From Takakia lepidozioides (taxonomy: Eukaryota > Plantae > Bryophyta): a stretch of DNA of 64,000 nt. The translations under genes and the position numbers were made by a program. Position 1 is the first letter of the stretch, and every line of letters begins with the position of its first letter. Shown here one piece after another: positions 25,573 to 38,949 of this stretch. The stretch lies in contig CM060733.1 of assembly GCA_030704615.1 (NCBI GenBank), forward strand, positions 12,648,001 to 12,712,000, given 5' to 3'. The notes under the pieces were generated by a model, which was given only the letters and a program-made list of their open reading frames with translations, searched no databases and had not been told where the DNA came from.

Positions 25573-27599
25573 GTGAACTAAGTTGTCTTCTGTGATTCCA
25601 AGGCTAGCTCCTTGCAATTCATATGTTCAAGTCAGGCGGCAGGAAGCTTTTTGGGAACTGTGGGTATCAGTGGAATGCCACAAATGAGTTGCAATTCGGA
25701 CGTTGATGTCAATAGAATAAATACGTGCTTTTGTGCGCGAGTGCGGAGTCTCAAACATTTAGCACGGTGGAAAGTTTCGACCAGAGTCTTGTGCTTGAAA
25801 GTTTCGAGAAACACAGCTTGGAAACTTTGCGCAGACACTTTCTGATTTCCATCCGCGGATAAGAGCGACCACATGTTAGAACCATCTCTGTGTAGTGCGT
25901 GTGAGATAAATAGAGCGCCATGCGCATTGCTGTGAGAGAAAGAGAACATGGCCGTAATAACAAAAGCGACCAGCCTCTCCGTCGTGGGCTTACACCACGT
26001 TATGAGGTTGTGAGGCAGGTGCTGCTTTTTCTGGGCTTATGTGGCAGACGATGCCCTCTCAGTAAATGTTTCCCTCCCCTTCTTTGCAGTATTAGGGGTC
26101 TCCACTTTTTCATTCTACTCTTTACCAGCCTCTCTCTCTGCCTCCTGTGCCTCTTTGCAAGTGGCTGCCATCATTCCAACCCAACAATGGGTAGTAAACC
26201 AGAAACCCATCTGCAAAATCTGCCCACAACTCAACTCCGTACCCAGGTCAGCAAAAGACTTTCCCTCGTTCCCTATGCGTTCCCAAAAATAGGTGGGTGA
26301 TATTGCTGTGAAGGGGAAGAATCCATGAAGGTGAGGGAAGAAGCCGATCTGTAGAATAATGGGGACGCTGGGTAGAGAGCGTTGCAGTGGTGGTGCGGAG
26401 ACAAGCGCTAGATTATGTGGGGTCGCTATTGTAGCGGCACAAGATGACTGTGTGTATTAGTCTGTGAAGCTGGAGTATGGTTACAGTTGTTCACAGTTCC
26501 TTATCAGTTTATGTTAGCCCTTCACGAGTGCTATTATCCGTGCAGCTAGACCTTTTCCTCATCATGGAGACGACAGATCCATTTTGAGCAAAGTAGCTGG
26601 GACAAGGTGGAGTTCTTTACAGTTGCTTTGCAGATGAAGTGCACAAGTTTTCCCAAATTAGTCAACCCTTAGGAGAAGGCGAGTGGTTTCGATTGGCGTA
26701 GTGGGTGTTTCCACGTCTCAATGGTTTCTCATGTGAAATGCTTTTTCTTTGGGGATTGCGCAATGTCAAGGCATCGAACAATTATGAACCTGTCTGAGAA
26801 GTCCCCTGTGATTGACGATACTGTCGAGTGCGGCAGTCATTGGTGATGTCAAAACTGGAGAGAAATCTTCCATTTGGTAAATGGGGGAAGATCACTGCAG
26901 TAGTGGGGCTCACCATTGAAAATACAGGTGATTCTGGCCTTCCAGTTCTTCTAGGTCAGTTCAGTCCAGTTCTTCCAGTTCTTCACGGCACCGTACTTTG
27001 GAAACTGATTACTTTCACAGGAGGCACATGCTGTCATTGCACTACGGGGCACAACGTAGGGGTCGGAGACCAAAGAGAAGATCTGACATCGCATGTACTT
27101 TCTGCCTGCGTGACTTGGGGTAGGTGATGTGAACAGCATCACTTGGGGGCGGAGACGCGGAGACCAACATCCAGGATAACACACTAGTACATGTTGCCAC
27201 AACCTAACGTTAATTGGCAGTGTTGCTCCCACCACCATTGGCCACAAAGTTATTGTCAGTACGTGCTCTGTACATACTACACACCCCCTTTCTGTTGTAA
27301 ACTTAGTATCTCCTTTTCTGTGGCTCATGGGGGGGGGATGGGAGCAGCACACAATGCTGTGCTGCATGCTTGAACTTTGGAGGATGATTCATTTGTCGCT
27401 ACGGGTGGCGGCACCCTTTGGATGGCGTGGGTGTGGAGACGGGTGCCATGGTTTCTGCTGGTGCTTTGCAGAATACCCTCATACCTGCTGGCCAGGTGTT
27501 TTACTTCCCTCCCGATCCCATAGCTCTGTGGCAGAGATTGAGGCCAAGACTAGTAAGGCTATCAAGAGAATGCAGTTTGCACGTGAACAAGCTAAAGCC

Positions 27600-27960
27600 T
27601 AGCACAAACCAGCTTTACATAAGCTTCTTCAGGGCCTTTGATGCACAAGACGGATCCAAGGTCCACTCAAAGGGCTCCCATGGCCACGAGCAGTCCAAAA
27701 GAGTTTTGAGGAGATTGAAGCCAACAAGGTACAGCAAAAATGAGCCCAACAATCTGACACATCTGGGCATAAACCCATGGACCTTGAATTTCCTCACAAA
27801 ATGGCCTCAAAGGTCCTTCATTAGTTGTAATTGGCTCCCCCTTTGGAGGGGTTTTGGGAATAGTGAAAAGTTGTGTGAACAAGGTACTGTGGGGAATGTG
27901 GTAAGTCAATGGAAGCTTAAGGGAAGGTCTTCCTTTCAAATGAACTCCAGCCCACTTGCT
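27600..27960 (-). mobile_element. Degenerate Ty3/Gypsy (chromovirus-like) integrase C-terminus and chromodomain remnant
   Basis: Minus strand reads KWAGVH...LKLPLTYHIPHS (GPY/F-like), followed in a shifted frame by LYLVGF...SWPWEPFE...CASKALKKL (chromodomain-like). Flanking DNA at ~26000-27600 may belong to the same remnant. Confidence 0.4.
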
Positions 27961-28797
27961 TTAGTGACCAGACCTCCTATTGAGGGCACTCACCAAAATG
28001 AACCAGCCACAGTTGCTGTAATGTACAGTAATAATAGCACGCTTATGAAGTAGCTTGGGGATTTCATCAGCTACTGAAGGGCTGCTCACACTACAAGATA
28101 ATCAGCGCCAATTGGCAGTTTATTGCCGCCAGGCTGCTGCCTCTGTAGCTACTTACAGGCAGCAGCTGCAGCTACAGACAACTAACCACAAACACAAACT
28201 AACTACACTTTGCTGGTTTGTGTCGTGCATCTGTGTGCAGGTCAAAGATGGCAGCATGCGAAACACTAAGTCAGTGGCTGCAACTGCCATGTAGTGTGAA
28301 CAGCCCTTCAGCCCTCCTTCAGCTCTCCTCGTAGTAGTAACCGGACTAGAGTGCACATTGATGATTTGTTGGGATAAAAAAGTCCCAGCTGCTGCAATGT
28401 ATCTTACTGGGGATCTGCACAATTTATTTTTGTGTAATATCTTGTGCACTTTCAAAGACCTAAAGAATTACCAAATCTGCACATTCCCAAGCTATCAAGC
28501 TAGTGAAATTCCACATTTGCCTCCACATCAGTAAGAACATGAGCCCATAATGAGGGTACTTGAAGAAAGAGAAACCCTCTACCTCTGCTGCTCAATAACA
28601 TGCTCAAGGTAAATCTTCTCTCCTCTGAGACAGTCACTGACATGATGTACTGCTTATTATTGTCCCAAGACATGCTTTGCCCCTGTGGTGCAGTAATGAG
28701 TTCCCGTTTCCCTATTAAACTGCTATAAACGGGTGAGTAGTGAGGACAAACTGGAGATGACCTATTTACAAGGGTCACAAGAATAAAAAGCAAATTA

Positions 28798-31700
28798 TTA
28801 GCGCTTTTTCCGGCCAACTTTTGTGGATCTGCTACTGGAATTGTTGATGGACACATTTGCTGGCAAGGCCAAAATCGTCCCGTCCCGAATCTCAGCTCCA
28901 TTTGCACTTGTCTCTAGCGTCCTCTGGGCCTCTATGTAAACCATCAAGTCCCTCACCTGTTGAGCATAAAAATGTAGTACTCAGAACTCACTACAGAAAC
29001 ACTTGTCCACAGTGGAGATTCACTACTCTTCTGTACTTCATTTTTGCAACCCTTGGACTGCCAAATGCACAGACACTTTGGGTTTCGAACCCATTGCTGT
29101 CATTACCATTTTGGCTCTCATGAAATAGAACACAAGTGTAAGGCATCTGTAATCTATTAGAGACTGCACTAAAGTAACCTAGGCTGGAGAACAACTTATT
29201 GGCTCAAATCTTAAAACAAGACACTCCGCGTTGCTGCCAGCACATAATAAACAAATTAAGAAAACGGTCATTTAGTTCTTTGTGATGTTTAGCTTAGGAA
29301 CACAATAAACTACATCAGTTTTACAAGAAAACCCCAGCTTCCACACTGTTCAGTCTACCTGTTCTTCCAGATCCATGATTTGTTCATCACGTTGTTTTAA
29401 TGCAGCTCGCTCCCTGCAAACCCAGTTTTGACAGATCAATGCCCATGATTGAACTTAGATCATTCAAGATAAGATAGAGGGTAGAATATAACTTCAAGGT
29501 GCAGCATCCATGCCAGTGGCCTACTCAATGGTTCCTTAGGTTTGCCACAAATTACTCTTCAAAAGTAGCTCAATGTTACTGTTGGAAAACATGACTCCTG
29601 AGTGTTACACCTCCAACAAAGCCTCTGCCAAGATAAGCAAATGAGAGCGAACCTTTCTTCCAGATCTTTAATGCGCTGCTGGTAGAGCTTCTGGTTGTCG
29701 GTAAGTGACTTATTCAACTGCTCCCACCCACAATAGCGCAAAATTAAGTAACTTCCAACCACGCTTTGCGGATCTAGACCATAGATCACTCAAATGGGAC
29801 GTAATCAGTGATCGAGTACCCTAGGTCTTCAGATTCGTAAAGCAATGTAGTAACAAAAGAGGTAGAGATGCCAGAAAAGAACAACAAAAAACACAAGGGG
29901 ATGGAGTGTTTCCAGATACCTCACGTAGATCCCTGCATTCGCTCTCCAACTTCTCACGACGCTTGCGCAGCTCAAGGGTCACTCCTCTCTCAACTCCCTG
30001 CAGAATGGCTGCTTCTTTTTTCTCCTCCATCTCCGTGAGCAATCCTTCATAATACTGCCCCATGACATTAGGAAACTCTCTCTCTCCTTACGTATGGTTT
30101 TTCACAAGGCAATCTGCCTGGGTTTTGGAAAAGAAAAATGCAGCTAATCACTACGACTAAATTAGGGTATAAGGCTATGCCCAAGCTCTTATCCATGAGG
30201 TGACATGCTATGTATCACATGGATGAATGAGATCCTCATTTATGATCAGTACAGCACCTATAAACCAGATGGGGGTAAACTTGGCTAGAAGCCATCATTG
30301 CTTGCGTGGAGACCTGTTTGCCTATCTCTCTCTCTGAAACCCTCTCCATGCCCTCTAGGAAGCCTATTGACATTGGGTGGACTTGAAACGGGAGTACATT
30401 AATGTTTCTGTGACTAAATGCCGGCCTTGTGACCTCGTGTCCTTGTTTGTTTCGACCTGAAGCGCTTTGCTTCAGGTAAGGTAGTGCATTGGATTTAGTT
30501 GGAAAGCTTGGGGCCTTTCCCTCTTTAGAATATGCCTACACGGGCCATTCCCTGCAACTCCCTGGAGTGTGATCTCTGAATGGTAACAAGCGGACTCCTA
30601 CCGCTTGGGGGCAGCCCCTCCGCCCAAATTGGGCACTCGTATGCTCTGTCTAGCATACTCGGCACTTGGGCTCGGGTTGGTTCCTGTGCTTAAACTTATG
30701 GCCTGCGAACACAATCAAAAATTTAGCTCCTATCAACATCAACACTCCTCAGGGTGATCCCTGGGAATTGGTTACTTATGCCAAATCTAGGGCTTCATGT
30801 GTAGTTTTTGGGGTGAATCCCAGGATGGACAATGTGTCCTTTAAAACTACATGCTCTAGCTTAGGCTTGGATTTCATGGCTAATGGTACCATCTCGAGAC
30901 TTGATAACAGGGGTACGTTGAAGGTTGCAATGACCAAAAGTGCTTCTAATAGAGTCCCGCATCAATTCAATCTCAAAGAAGTTTGTCCCTTGACTGGCTG
31001 GAGAGCGGTCTTAGACATTGGTGATTCAATGGGGCGCTCTAGGAAGACAACCAAGGGCAACAACTTCAACTTGAGAGTTTCTAATCGGTTTGATGCTCTG
31101 GATGAGGTTGAATCCAAACAGCCAGAAGGACAAGATGCCCCTAAGTGTACGGAACCTGAACGTCCTGAATCTGAAGGATTTGGTACTCTGAATGGTTTAC
31201 CAATCCTCAAGGTTTACACAAGACGAACAAATTCTATACATGGGGTAATTGTCCCCAAGCCGTCAGATGGACAATCTGTCCCTAAGTGTGCAGAGCCTGA
31301 ACGTCGTGTAATTGAAGGATTTGGTACTCTAAATGGTTTACCAATCCTCAAAGTCTACACAAGACGAGCAAAATCTATACACGGGGTAATTGTCCCCAAG
31401 CAGTCTGACGGACAATCTGCCCCTCTGTGTGCGGAGCCTGTGCGTCGTGTAACTGAAAGATTTGGTACCCTGAATGGTTTACCAATTCTCAAAGTTTACA
31501 CAAGACGAGCAAAATCTACACATGGGGTAACTGTCCCCCCTTTGCAGAACGGTTGGCCGTCCAGGAGCAATCACAAGCTACCTAGACGACAAACAATTCA
31601 CACGCAAAGGGCTGGCTTGCGGCTGGCCACTTTCAACTTCTCAGGGTTGACCAACCAAAGGAATCAACTTGAAGTGGGACAAGTTCTTCGGACTAATGAT

Positions 31701-34700
31701 ATTCATATCTGTGCTGGGCAAGAAACATGGGAAACGTCGGATAAACTGGTTGGAGATGTCATTGGTTATAAATGGGCAGGTAAGATGTGTACTCTCAAGG
31801 CAGCCTCTGCCAAACGCGGTCAAAAAGGGGTTGGATTCTTTGTCCGTGATTTCTTGTTTGACAATTGTGAAATTATCAACAAGGGTTTGAGGTACGAGCA
31901 TAGTATCTGGCTGAAACTGAATTTGAAGGGCGGCATGAGTACAAAGGACCTCTTTGTTGGTTGTGTTTACATGCCCACAGAGGGGACCCTTAGTGCTGAC
32001 GCAGACAAGGCCTTCGAAGATGTAAAGCTGGACTGTGCTTCGTTCCTTGCCAAAGGTCAGGTGGTACTATTGGGGGACTTCAATGCCCGGGTGGGCAAAG
32101 GGATCCATCAGGACGATATCATTGGACCTTTTGGTGAGGACGAGCTGAATTCTAATGGCAGACGGTTAATTAACTGTCTAGAAGAGCTTCAGCTTTTGAC
32201 CTTGAATAACAGGACAAGAGGTGACCAAGTGCAGTGGACTCGTGAGAAACCCCAAACTGGGGAACGTTCCATTGTGGACTATATCATAATGGACAAAATT
32301 TTGTTCCCCCAGTGTGCCAATGTGTTGATCGACAGAACTGATATTGGTACCTCTGACCACTTCCTGGTTTGGACTGAGATCAAAAGGTGTTTTCCCACCA
32401 CCAAGAGATCTGTGAAACGTTCGATTCGGAAGTGGCGCATAGAAAAATTCCACAATGAGGAGGTCAAGGCTGAGTACGTCCAGGCCTTGCAAGAGGCTCT
32501 CCCTCATTTTGTCCAATCGCTCCAAGAACTTCAGTCACGCTCTGTTAACGCAAGAAATGAAGTCGAAAGAGCAGTGGACTCTTGGGAGAGTTTCGTTTCC
32601 TCCGTGGCCGACAAGATCATTGGGAGGAAACTAATTGTCTGCGGTAGAGCAGTTAATTGGTGGACTAATGAGATTAAACTCAAGATAGCTGAGAGACGAG
32701 CCCTCTATAAAGAGTGCTGCAATTTGGAAACCAACAGAGAATTGTGGGCGAGGTACTACCAGCTCCGTAAAGATATCAATCAGCTTGTTAGGTCTCAGAA
32801 GAAATTATACTGGGACAAGTTATACAGTGAAATAAACTCAAACCACCATGGTGGTAATGACAAGAAATTCTGGTTGGCCCTTCAACGTTTGTACAAACCG
32901 AAAAACGGTCAGCAAGTACAAGCGCTGAAGACTACTAAAGGTGCAGTGGTGACTTCATCGGTTGACATTGTCAAAACCTTTGAAACTCACTACAGTATCC
33001 TTGGCAGAACTTCTAGGTCTAACAGTGAGGGGTCTTCTGCTGAATGGAGGGACACAGTTGGAAAAACTGTTCCTATGATTCAAAACAGCCCTGATGAACT
33101 GGAGTATATTTCAATGGCTTATAATGCTCCCATTAGTTCTTCTGAGATTGTGGAAGCAATTGAACATTTAAATGGATATAAAGCTGGTGGACCTGATGGT
33201 ATTGTCAACGAGCTTATCAAGCACGGTGGTGATCCCATGATAGAGGCCCTAGTTCTCCTCTTTAACCTTATCTGGAAGACTGAAATGATCCCCTTTCGCT
33301 GGCGACAGGGGCTCATTGTCAATCTATACAAGAAGGGTGACAGAGAAGAACCGGGGAACTACCGTGGCATCACGCTCCTCAATGCTGTTGGCAAGACATT
33401 CTGCAGAGTTATAAGTACTCGTCTCGAGGTTGATCTGGAGTCCAGAGGTTGTTTCCACGAAGGCCAAGCTGGCTTTCGGCGAAACAGGGGCTGTGTGGAT
33501 CATATCTTCACTCTAAGCCAGATTATCCAGGGAAGGAAAAAAGAAGGGAAACCCACTTATGTCTTTTTCCTGGATGTCAAAAAGGCTTATGACACAGTGT
33601 GGAGGGATGGCCTATGGTTCCACCTCTGGTCTTGTGGGATCAAGGGAAAGATGTGGAGAGTTGTCCACAACTTGTATGCTCACACCAAAAGCTAAGTCAC
33701 TGTTAACGGACAGAAGTCCAACTTCTTGACATAGACCAAGGTGTAGCTCAAGGATGTACTCTCTCCCCTCTGCTCTTCAATGTTTTCATCAATCAACTCC
33801 TCGAGGACGTGGAAAGTGAGGGATTTGGGTTAAGGGTGGGTGATACCACCATACCAGCCCTTATGTTTGCGGATGACTTCGCAGGCATAGGGGAGACTCC
33901 AACCAATCTCCAGGAGTTGATTGATTGCGCGAAGAGATACTTTGATCTTTGGGGGCTAGAGGCTAATGTCAGCAAATGTGCAGTGGTAGCATTCAACGAC
34001 AGAGGAGAGGGAGGAAGTGATCTTAAGTGGCAGTGGGGTAGCCAAGAGATCCCGGTCCTCCCTTCCTACACTTACCTGGGCGTTGAGTTCTCCAATTGTA
34101 ATTGGGATGCACATATCCGGAAAGTTGTTCAAACTGGCAAGGGCAAAGCTCTGGGGCTCACTAAATTTTTCCACTGCAGAGGGGTCAACTCTGAGGTTAA
34201 GAAAACCATGCTTTGTCGCGTTATTAGACCTGCCTTGGAGTACGGATCTGCTATATGGGTTGATAACTCCAACCAGGCTAAGTCTCTAGAATCCATTCAA
34301 GTGGGGGTGCTTAAGGAGTGTATGTCAGCATGCTCCAAAACAGCCAATGTGGCTGTTCGGGGTGAGTTTGGCATTCCGTCCTTAAGCTCCCGACGAGATG
34401 AATTCAAGGTCAGATGGTGGGGTCAGCTGCAACATATGCCCAACACCAGATATCCTAAATTAATCGACTCTATATCTTGGAAACAGGACCGCCCTGTCAA
34501 ACAGGCTAAGTCCTGGCAGAAGAGAGTAGAAGAGATCCTCAAGGACCTGGACCTGGATCCGCAAGTCTTGACCCTGTAGTGTCCTCAGCCATGTCTGTTG
34601 CCATGAGATTGTCTGATGAAAATGAAGTTAGGCAGAAAACTTCCCTGAACTTGTTTCCAGTCTGTGACATGGGGGAGGACATCTTGGATGACCTCAAGGG

Positions 34701-37700
34701 TCTACCCACTCTCGGCACTAGACTGAAATTTAACTCAGGGCAGGAAGCCTACCTTTGAACAGCAAACAGAAGCAGAGAGGAAAGGGAGAGTGCAATTGCC
34801 CGTTGTGTGGGCAATCTGAAGACAGTATTCATTTTCTGATACACTGTCCGGGGTTCTCTCACCAAAGAGACGCTCTCTTCAAATCTATTAAGGGAATTGT
34901 GCCTGTACCCCTGTTTACCAACTTCGAAAGTCTCGAGGCTGAGCCAAAAGCCCAGGCCCTCCTGAGGCCTAGTTTTTGGGCAAATCACACACAGCAGATT
35001 GATGCTTGTGTGAAGGGATTTCTAGAGGATATCTGGAAAACCCGGATTAATTCTTTATATGGAGGTAAGTCTTACTACCAACGTCAGCCCCTGACAGAGG
35101 TAGGTTCTGTCCCTTTTGTTCCCGCTCAAACTGGGCGCGGGGTCAATGGCCACAAGGCTACAGCAAACAACGTCTTATGAGTACAATCTCTCTCTGATTT
35201 AGCCTCCACAGCCGCCCTCAAAGGGTTTGAAGTCTGTTACCTCTTGCTTAAACATTGGTGACAGAAAGGTACCTTAGTGGATCTATAAACCAGAAATGCA
35301 TGGCAGCTTACCTGCATTAGGCACTTTTACTGCGAGCGACATTTGGAGTCTTCTGATCTGTTTATTTATCATTCTACATGGGCCTCAAGTCCCCCCTAGA
35401 ATGATCTACTTTCCTCCTTAACCATAACCCTCATGGCAATATCTTTCTCTACCTGTGATGCATACCATCTAAAATCTCCTCCATAGCTTTACAGACCACA
35501 CCACAAAGTTGGGACAGCCCCCGTCATCACCCTCAGGGGTGTCATATTTGAGCAGGGAAAACCAGCAGTCTGGCCAACAGTTCATAAATTTGCCACTAGA
35601 ACTTCATAAACTGAGAAGTCCATGCCGGTTCCGGAGGTCTGAACTGTCCTCTCCACCACTGTCGAGGGATGATAGGTGCTTGTATTTGAAACATTATTTT
35701 GAGAGAGAAAGAAAAAAATAAAGACAAAGTCCAAGGGAGGGAACAGAAATTGTATACCTGTCGCTGAGTTTCCAACAGTGTTATTCTCAGATGATCATAC
35801 TCTATGCTTACCTGCAGACAACCACCACAACTTCAAAAACCTTTCTACATCGTGCATTCTCTGGTTCAAACTTGATTGCAGATTGTGGTGCCCCTGATGC
35901 TTAGGGGCTCAGAAGCAAAGATTTGTGGTAAACATTCCTCTTATCTCTCCTTGTTCCCCCTAAAGCAAGCACAACAGAAGGATCAAAGAAATTACTTACA
36001 GCCTCCAATTTACTGTTGTAAATGGCCACATCCACATCTTCTCGCTGGCTATATGCTTCACAGCTGCTGCAATCATCATTGCTGTCCCGGCAAGGAGCAG
36101 GGAGCTCCACAAGTTTTCCATCTGTCTTGGACTGAATGAGCCGATGGACATAGCCATCACCAACATAGTCCCATACACGCTGGGTCTCTAGGTCCAGTGA
36201 GTAACAGTGCTGAGTTTCCTTCCAATGGTTCACCGCATGCCCCTCTTTATACCTGATACCAAAATTAGTCATCATGAAGCTCAACTATCCCTCATTGTCC
36301 CCGTAGTCTAAGGCGGCACCATGACAGGAGCCAAAGGAGAAAGCAGTGGAGGGCATATAACAAAGGAAGTGTCTGTGAGCTGAAATGATTATCCATTGTC
36401 CGATGTAAGAACGGAAATTGGGAGCTCAGGTCTTGGCACTTGTATTTCTAGGCAATTCACTGTTGTACTTTGCTATCACTGCCATTTCCCACTCAAGATC
36501 CGAAATTGGCACAAAGTGGCAATTCAGGAATTAAAAGAGCAAACGTCCTCTTGGATCAAACAATGACTTACCTTCCGCAGCCCACGAACCCACAAACCAC
36601 ACAAATCCACAAATTCTCTGGAGTTCCACATACAGAGCACGTGGACCTTTCTGACTGCTGTTGGCAGTACCGACACACCTGTCCCCAACCACCAGCAATA
36701 GTGATCCATTATTTCCACAGCACAGAGGGAAAATGTACTTCGAGTTTGTGATGGCTGTCCACTTGGTCATTACTGGATAAGGTACCGCAAAGTTAGGAAA
36801 ATAGTACGGAAAATAGCTCTCTCAATCTTAAAAGCATTCTGAAGCACTACTTCAGGCTCTCAAGTGATGTAGTTAGTGACCATGACCTCCACATAATGGC
36901 TTGCACAATTAAAATGAAGCTTACCGGACAGGAAGAGTCGGTCCATTTCGAAATGCACGAGCTATGGAACGAATGGTTACATACAGTAGTCAAAATGCCA
37001 CTAATATGTTGATCCAATCTCTCTGCCACCAAACCAAGTACAGAATTAATATACTATATTAACATTCAGGATTCTACCTGTTGCTTTTGCATCACAACCG
37101 TGTGTATTCAAGCACTATCTCCATTGATAAACTCTCAATGTCATCGTATTCAATGTAGCACAACTCTTTGTAACATCTTCTAACTTCAAGCAATGATAGG
37201 TTGGAAATTACCCAGACAGACAGGGCATGTGGGCAGTTCTGTAAGCCCAGAAGGAGGTATTGATGCTAGCTCTCCTGATTCAGTATATTGGACATCAGCT
37301 GTAAATAAGACATGGCACACTTCTGCCTGTAAACGCCCGCCCCAAGAAAACAGGGAATTACCAGAGGCTACTAAATCAAAGCATCAGAAGGACAACCTTA
37401 TGAGTTACTTGTGGGGCTAACAAGATCTCTCCCTCGCCCTATCTCTCACAGACACATACAAGTGATAGGAAGTTGTCTGAAAGCTGACTACTACGTAAAC
37501 AAGTAACAGCATAATACATTGCCATGCTGACTCATTATTCAAACCCACTTTTAAAGTTGCCGGTCTAGATTACACCAAAGAAGTGACACTAAAATGGTAG
37601 AACCATCATAGTATCTTCATGACTAACCCACAGGGCCTCCCCACTCTCATCTATTAGACACCTCCTTTCCAAACCCTTGAAGAAATTCTGTCTGTGAACA

Positions 37701-38949
37701 CTTACCTCCATAGAAGAGAAAGGCTTCAAATTATAATGGCAGTAAAAATCATCAGCTGTAGATTGCGAGTCAAACTTCATAAGGACACTGTATCTGTCAC
37801 TCACACCATCATTTCTGCGCCACCAAAAACCCCATGTGAGCTGCAACTACTTCTCACCTAGAGTGTCAAGTCCTTCCCGTCTTCAATTGATTCTTTATTG
37901 CTTGAGTGATGCATCCCTAAAGCCCAAATTCAGTTCTGATGGTCAGTCAAATACTATGGAATCAGCTTGCCATAAGGTAATCTGGCCAACAGATGTAAAG
38001 AAACTGTGATGCATCTCTCTTCCTGACAGTGTAAACAATTCTCATGGCCAATACAAAATTAATACCTCACAAATCGCATTTCTTTGATGTTTTGGATGAA
38101 GGACCCTGTAAATTGACAGAAATCTGCCCCCGTCATATGATTGGGAACAGCCAGCACGCACAAATGCTCACTGCGGGTGACCTGCCATGAAGCCAGAAAC
38201 CAACACCTCGAACTCATAAGCCATCTCCTGGACACTGCTGAACATTCAGAGTTACGCTGATGCGTTCGCACGCTCCCCGCAACTCTTAACACTAAATGTT
38301 TTAAGGGATTATGCCACGTTAGACGGAGACACAATCCAGCTTAGGTGCACTTGGTGCACTTGCAGAGGGTGAAGAAGGGCTTCCTCACAGTTGAATTCTA
38401 TTGGAACGAACGAATCTTTGTGAAGTGAAAAAAAACTGCGTAACCCCCACGTTGAAGAATTGGTGGTGAAGGACCTACACGGGGGTTCAGTGGGCATTTC
38501 AAGCTGTGTACTTTCTTCTTGAAATGGGATTTTCTCATGGGTACAACCACTGACCTGAATTGAATGCAGATATATGGCCTAGATCTATCCAAATGACCAA
38601 GTACATATGTAACAATTCTCGTAATGCCAATGGTAGAATGGGAAGACTGCCACACCGGGAGGTGCTCCAAAGATCCGGGATCAGCACTTGTGTCACGAAA
38701 CAGATGCATCACTCCGTGCGTGGCCTCCACCCTCGGATTCCCTGAAGAAAATCGGATTGTCTTCGTGTCTGTCTCTGTGGATTTCTCCTCGGTGGCGGGG
38801 CCACCTGTCTCCACCTCGTCCGATGCTTCAATACCATCTTGGGACCCATCAATCCCGGGAGCTTTGTTGAGCATCAAAGCTAAAGCTTCCTCAACACCGC
38901 CGGGATTTTCGCATGGGTGCTCCAGTGCGTGCACTTTCACACTGAACAT
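28798..38949 (-). CDS. BRIZ1: BRAP2 / RING / ZnF-UBP E3 ubiquitin ligase (BRIZ family), 519 aa
   Basis: Twelve phase-consistent GT-AG exons (38949-38656, 38181-38066, 37814-37706, 37326-37212, 37022-36925, 36678-36572, 36252-36000, 35811-35758, 30054-29920, 29717-29653, 29413-29359, 28956-28798) total 1560 nt. Motifs are FSSGNPRVE, ELPTCPVCLERLD, CNHSFH, LWICVVCGFVGCGRY, RVWDYVGDGYVHRL, a coiled coil and VRDLMVYIEAQ. BRIZ1 versus BRIZ2 orthology is unverified. Confidence 0.93.
30666..35180 (+). pseudogene. LINE polyprotein ORF (APE-RT-CCHC), disrupted
   Basis: A 1009-aa open stretch ends at TAA 33693-33695. A frameshift near 33725, TAG at 34577-34579 and further lesions precede 34755. Confidence 0.9.
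31121..31540 (+). repeat. Three in-frame 141-bp (47-aa) tandem repeats in the LINE N-terminal region
   Basis: TTTGGTAC.CT.AATGGTTTACC occurs at 31179, 31320 and 31461. The peptide FGTLNGLPILKVYTRR appears three times. Confidence 0.92.

Larger units (their letters stand above)
30338..35186 (+). mobile_element. Near full-length non-LTR retrotransposon (APE-RT LINE, possibly RTE/RTEX-like) in BRIZ intron 8, antisense to the host
   Basis: An 11-bp TSD TCTCTCTCTGA lies at 30327-30337 and 35187-35197. The element encodes an APE endonuclease (GDFNAR, SDHFLV), an RT (YRGITLL, DVKKAYD, QGCTLSPLLF, FADD) and a C-terminal CCHC knuckle (CPLCG...HFLIHC). Confidence 0.95.

Noticed and set aside
30420-30480. 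HDV-like ribozyme around GACCTCGTGTC
   Set aside because: The loop resembles L3, but I could not build P1, P2 and P3 pairings by hand. It is kept only as a generic structured UTR.
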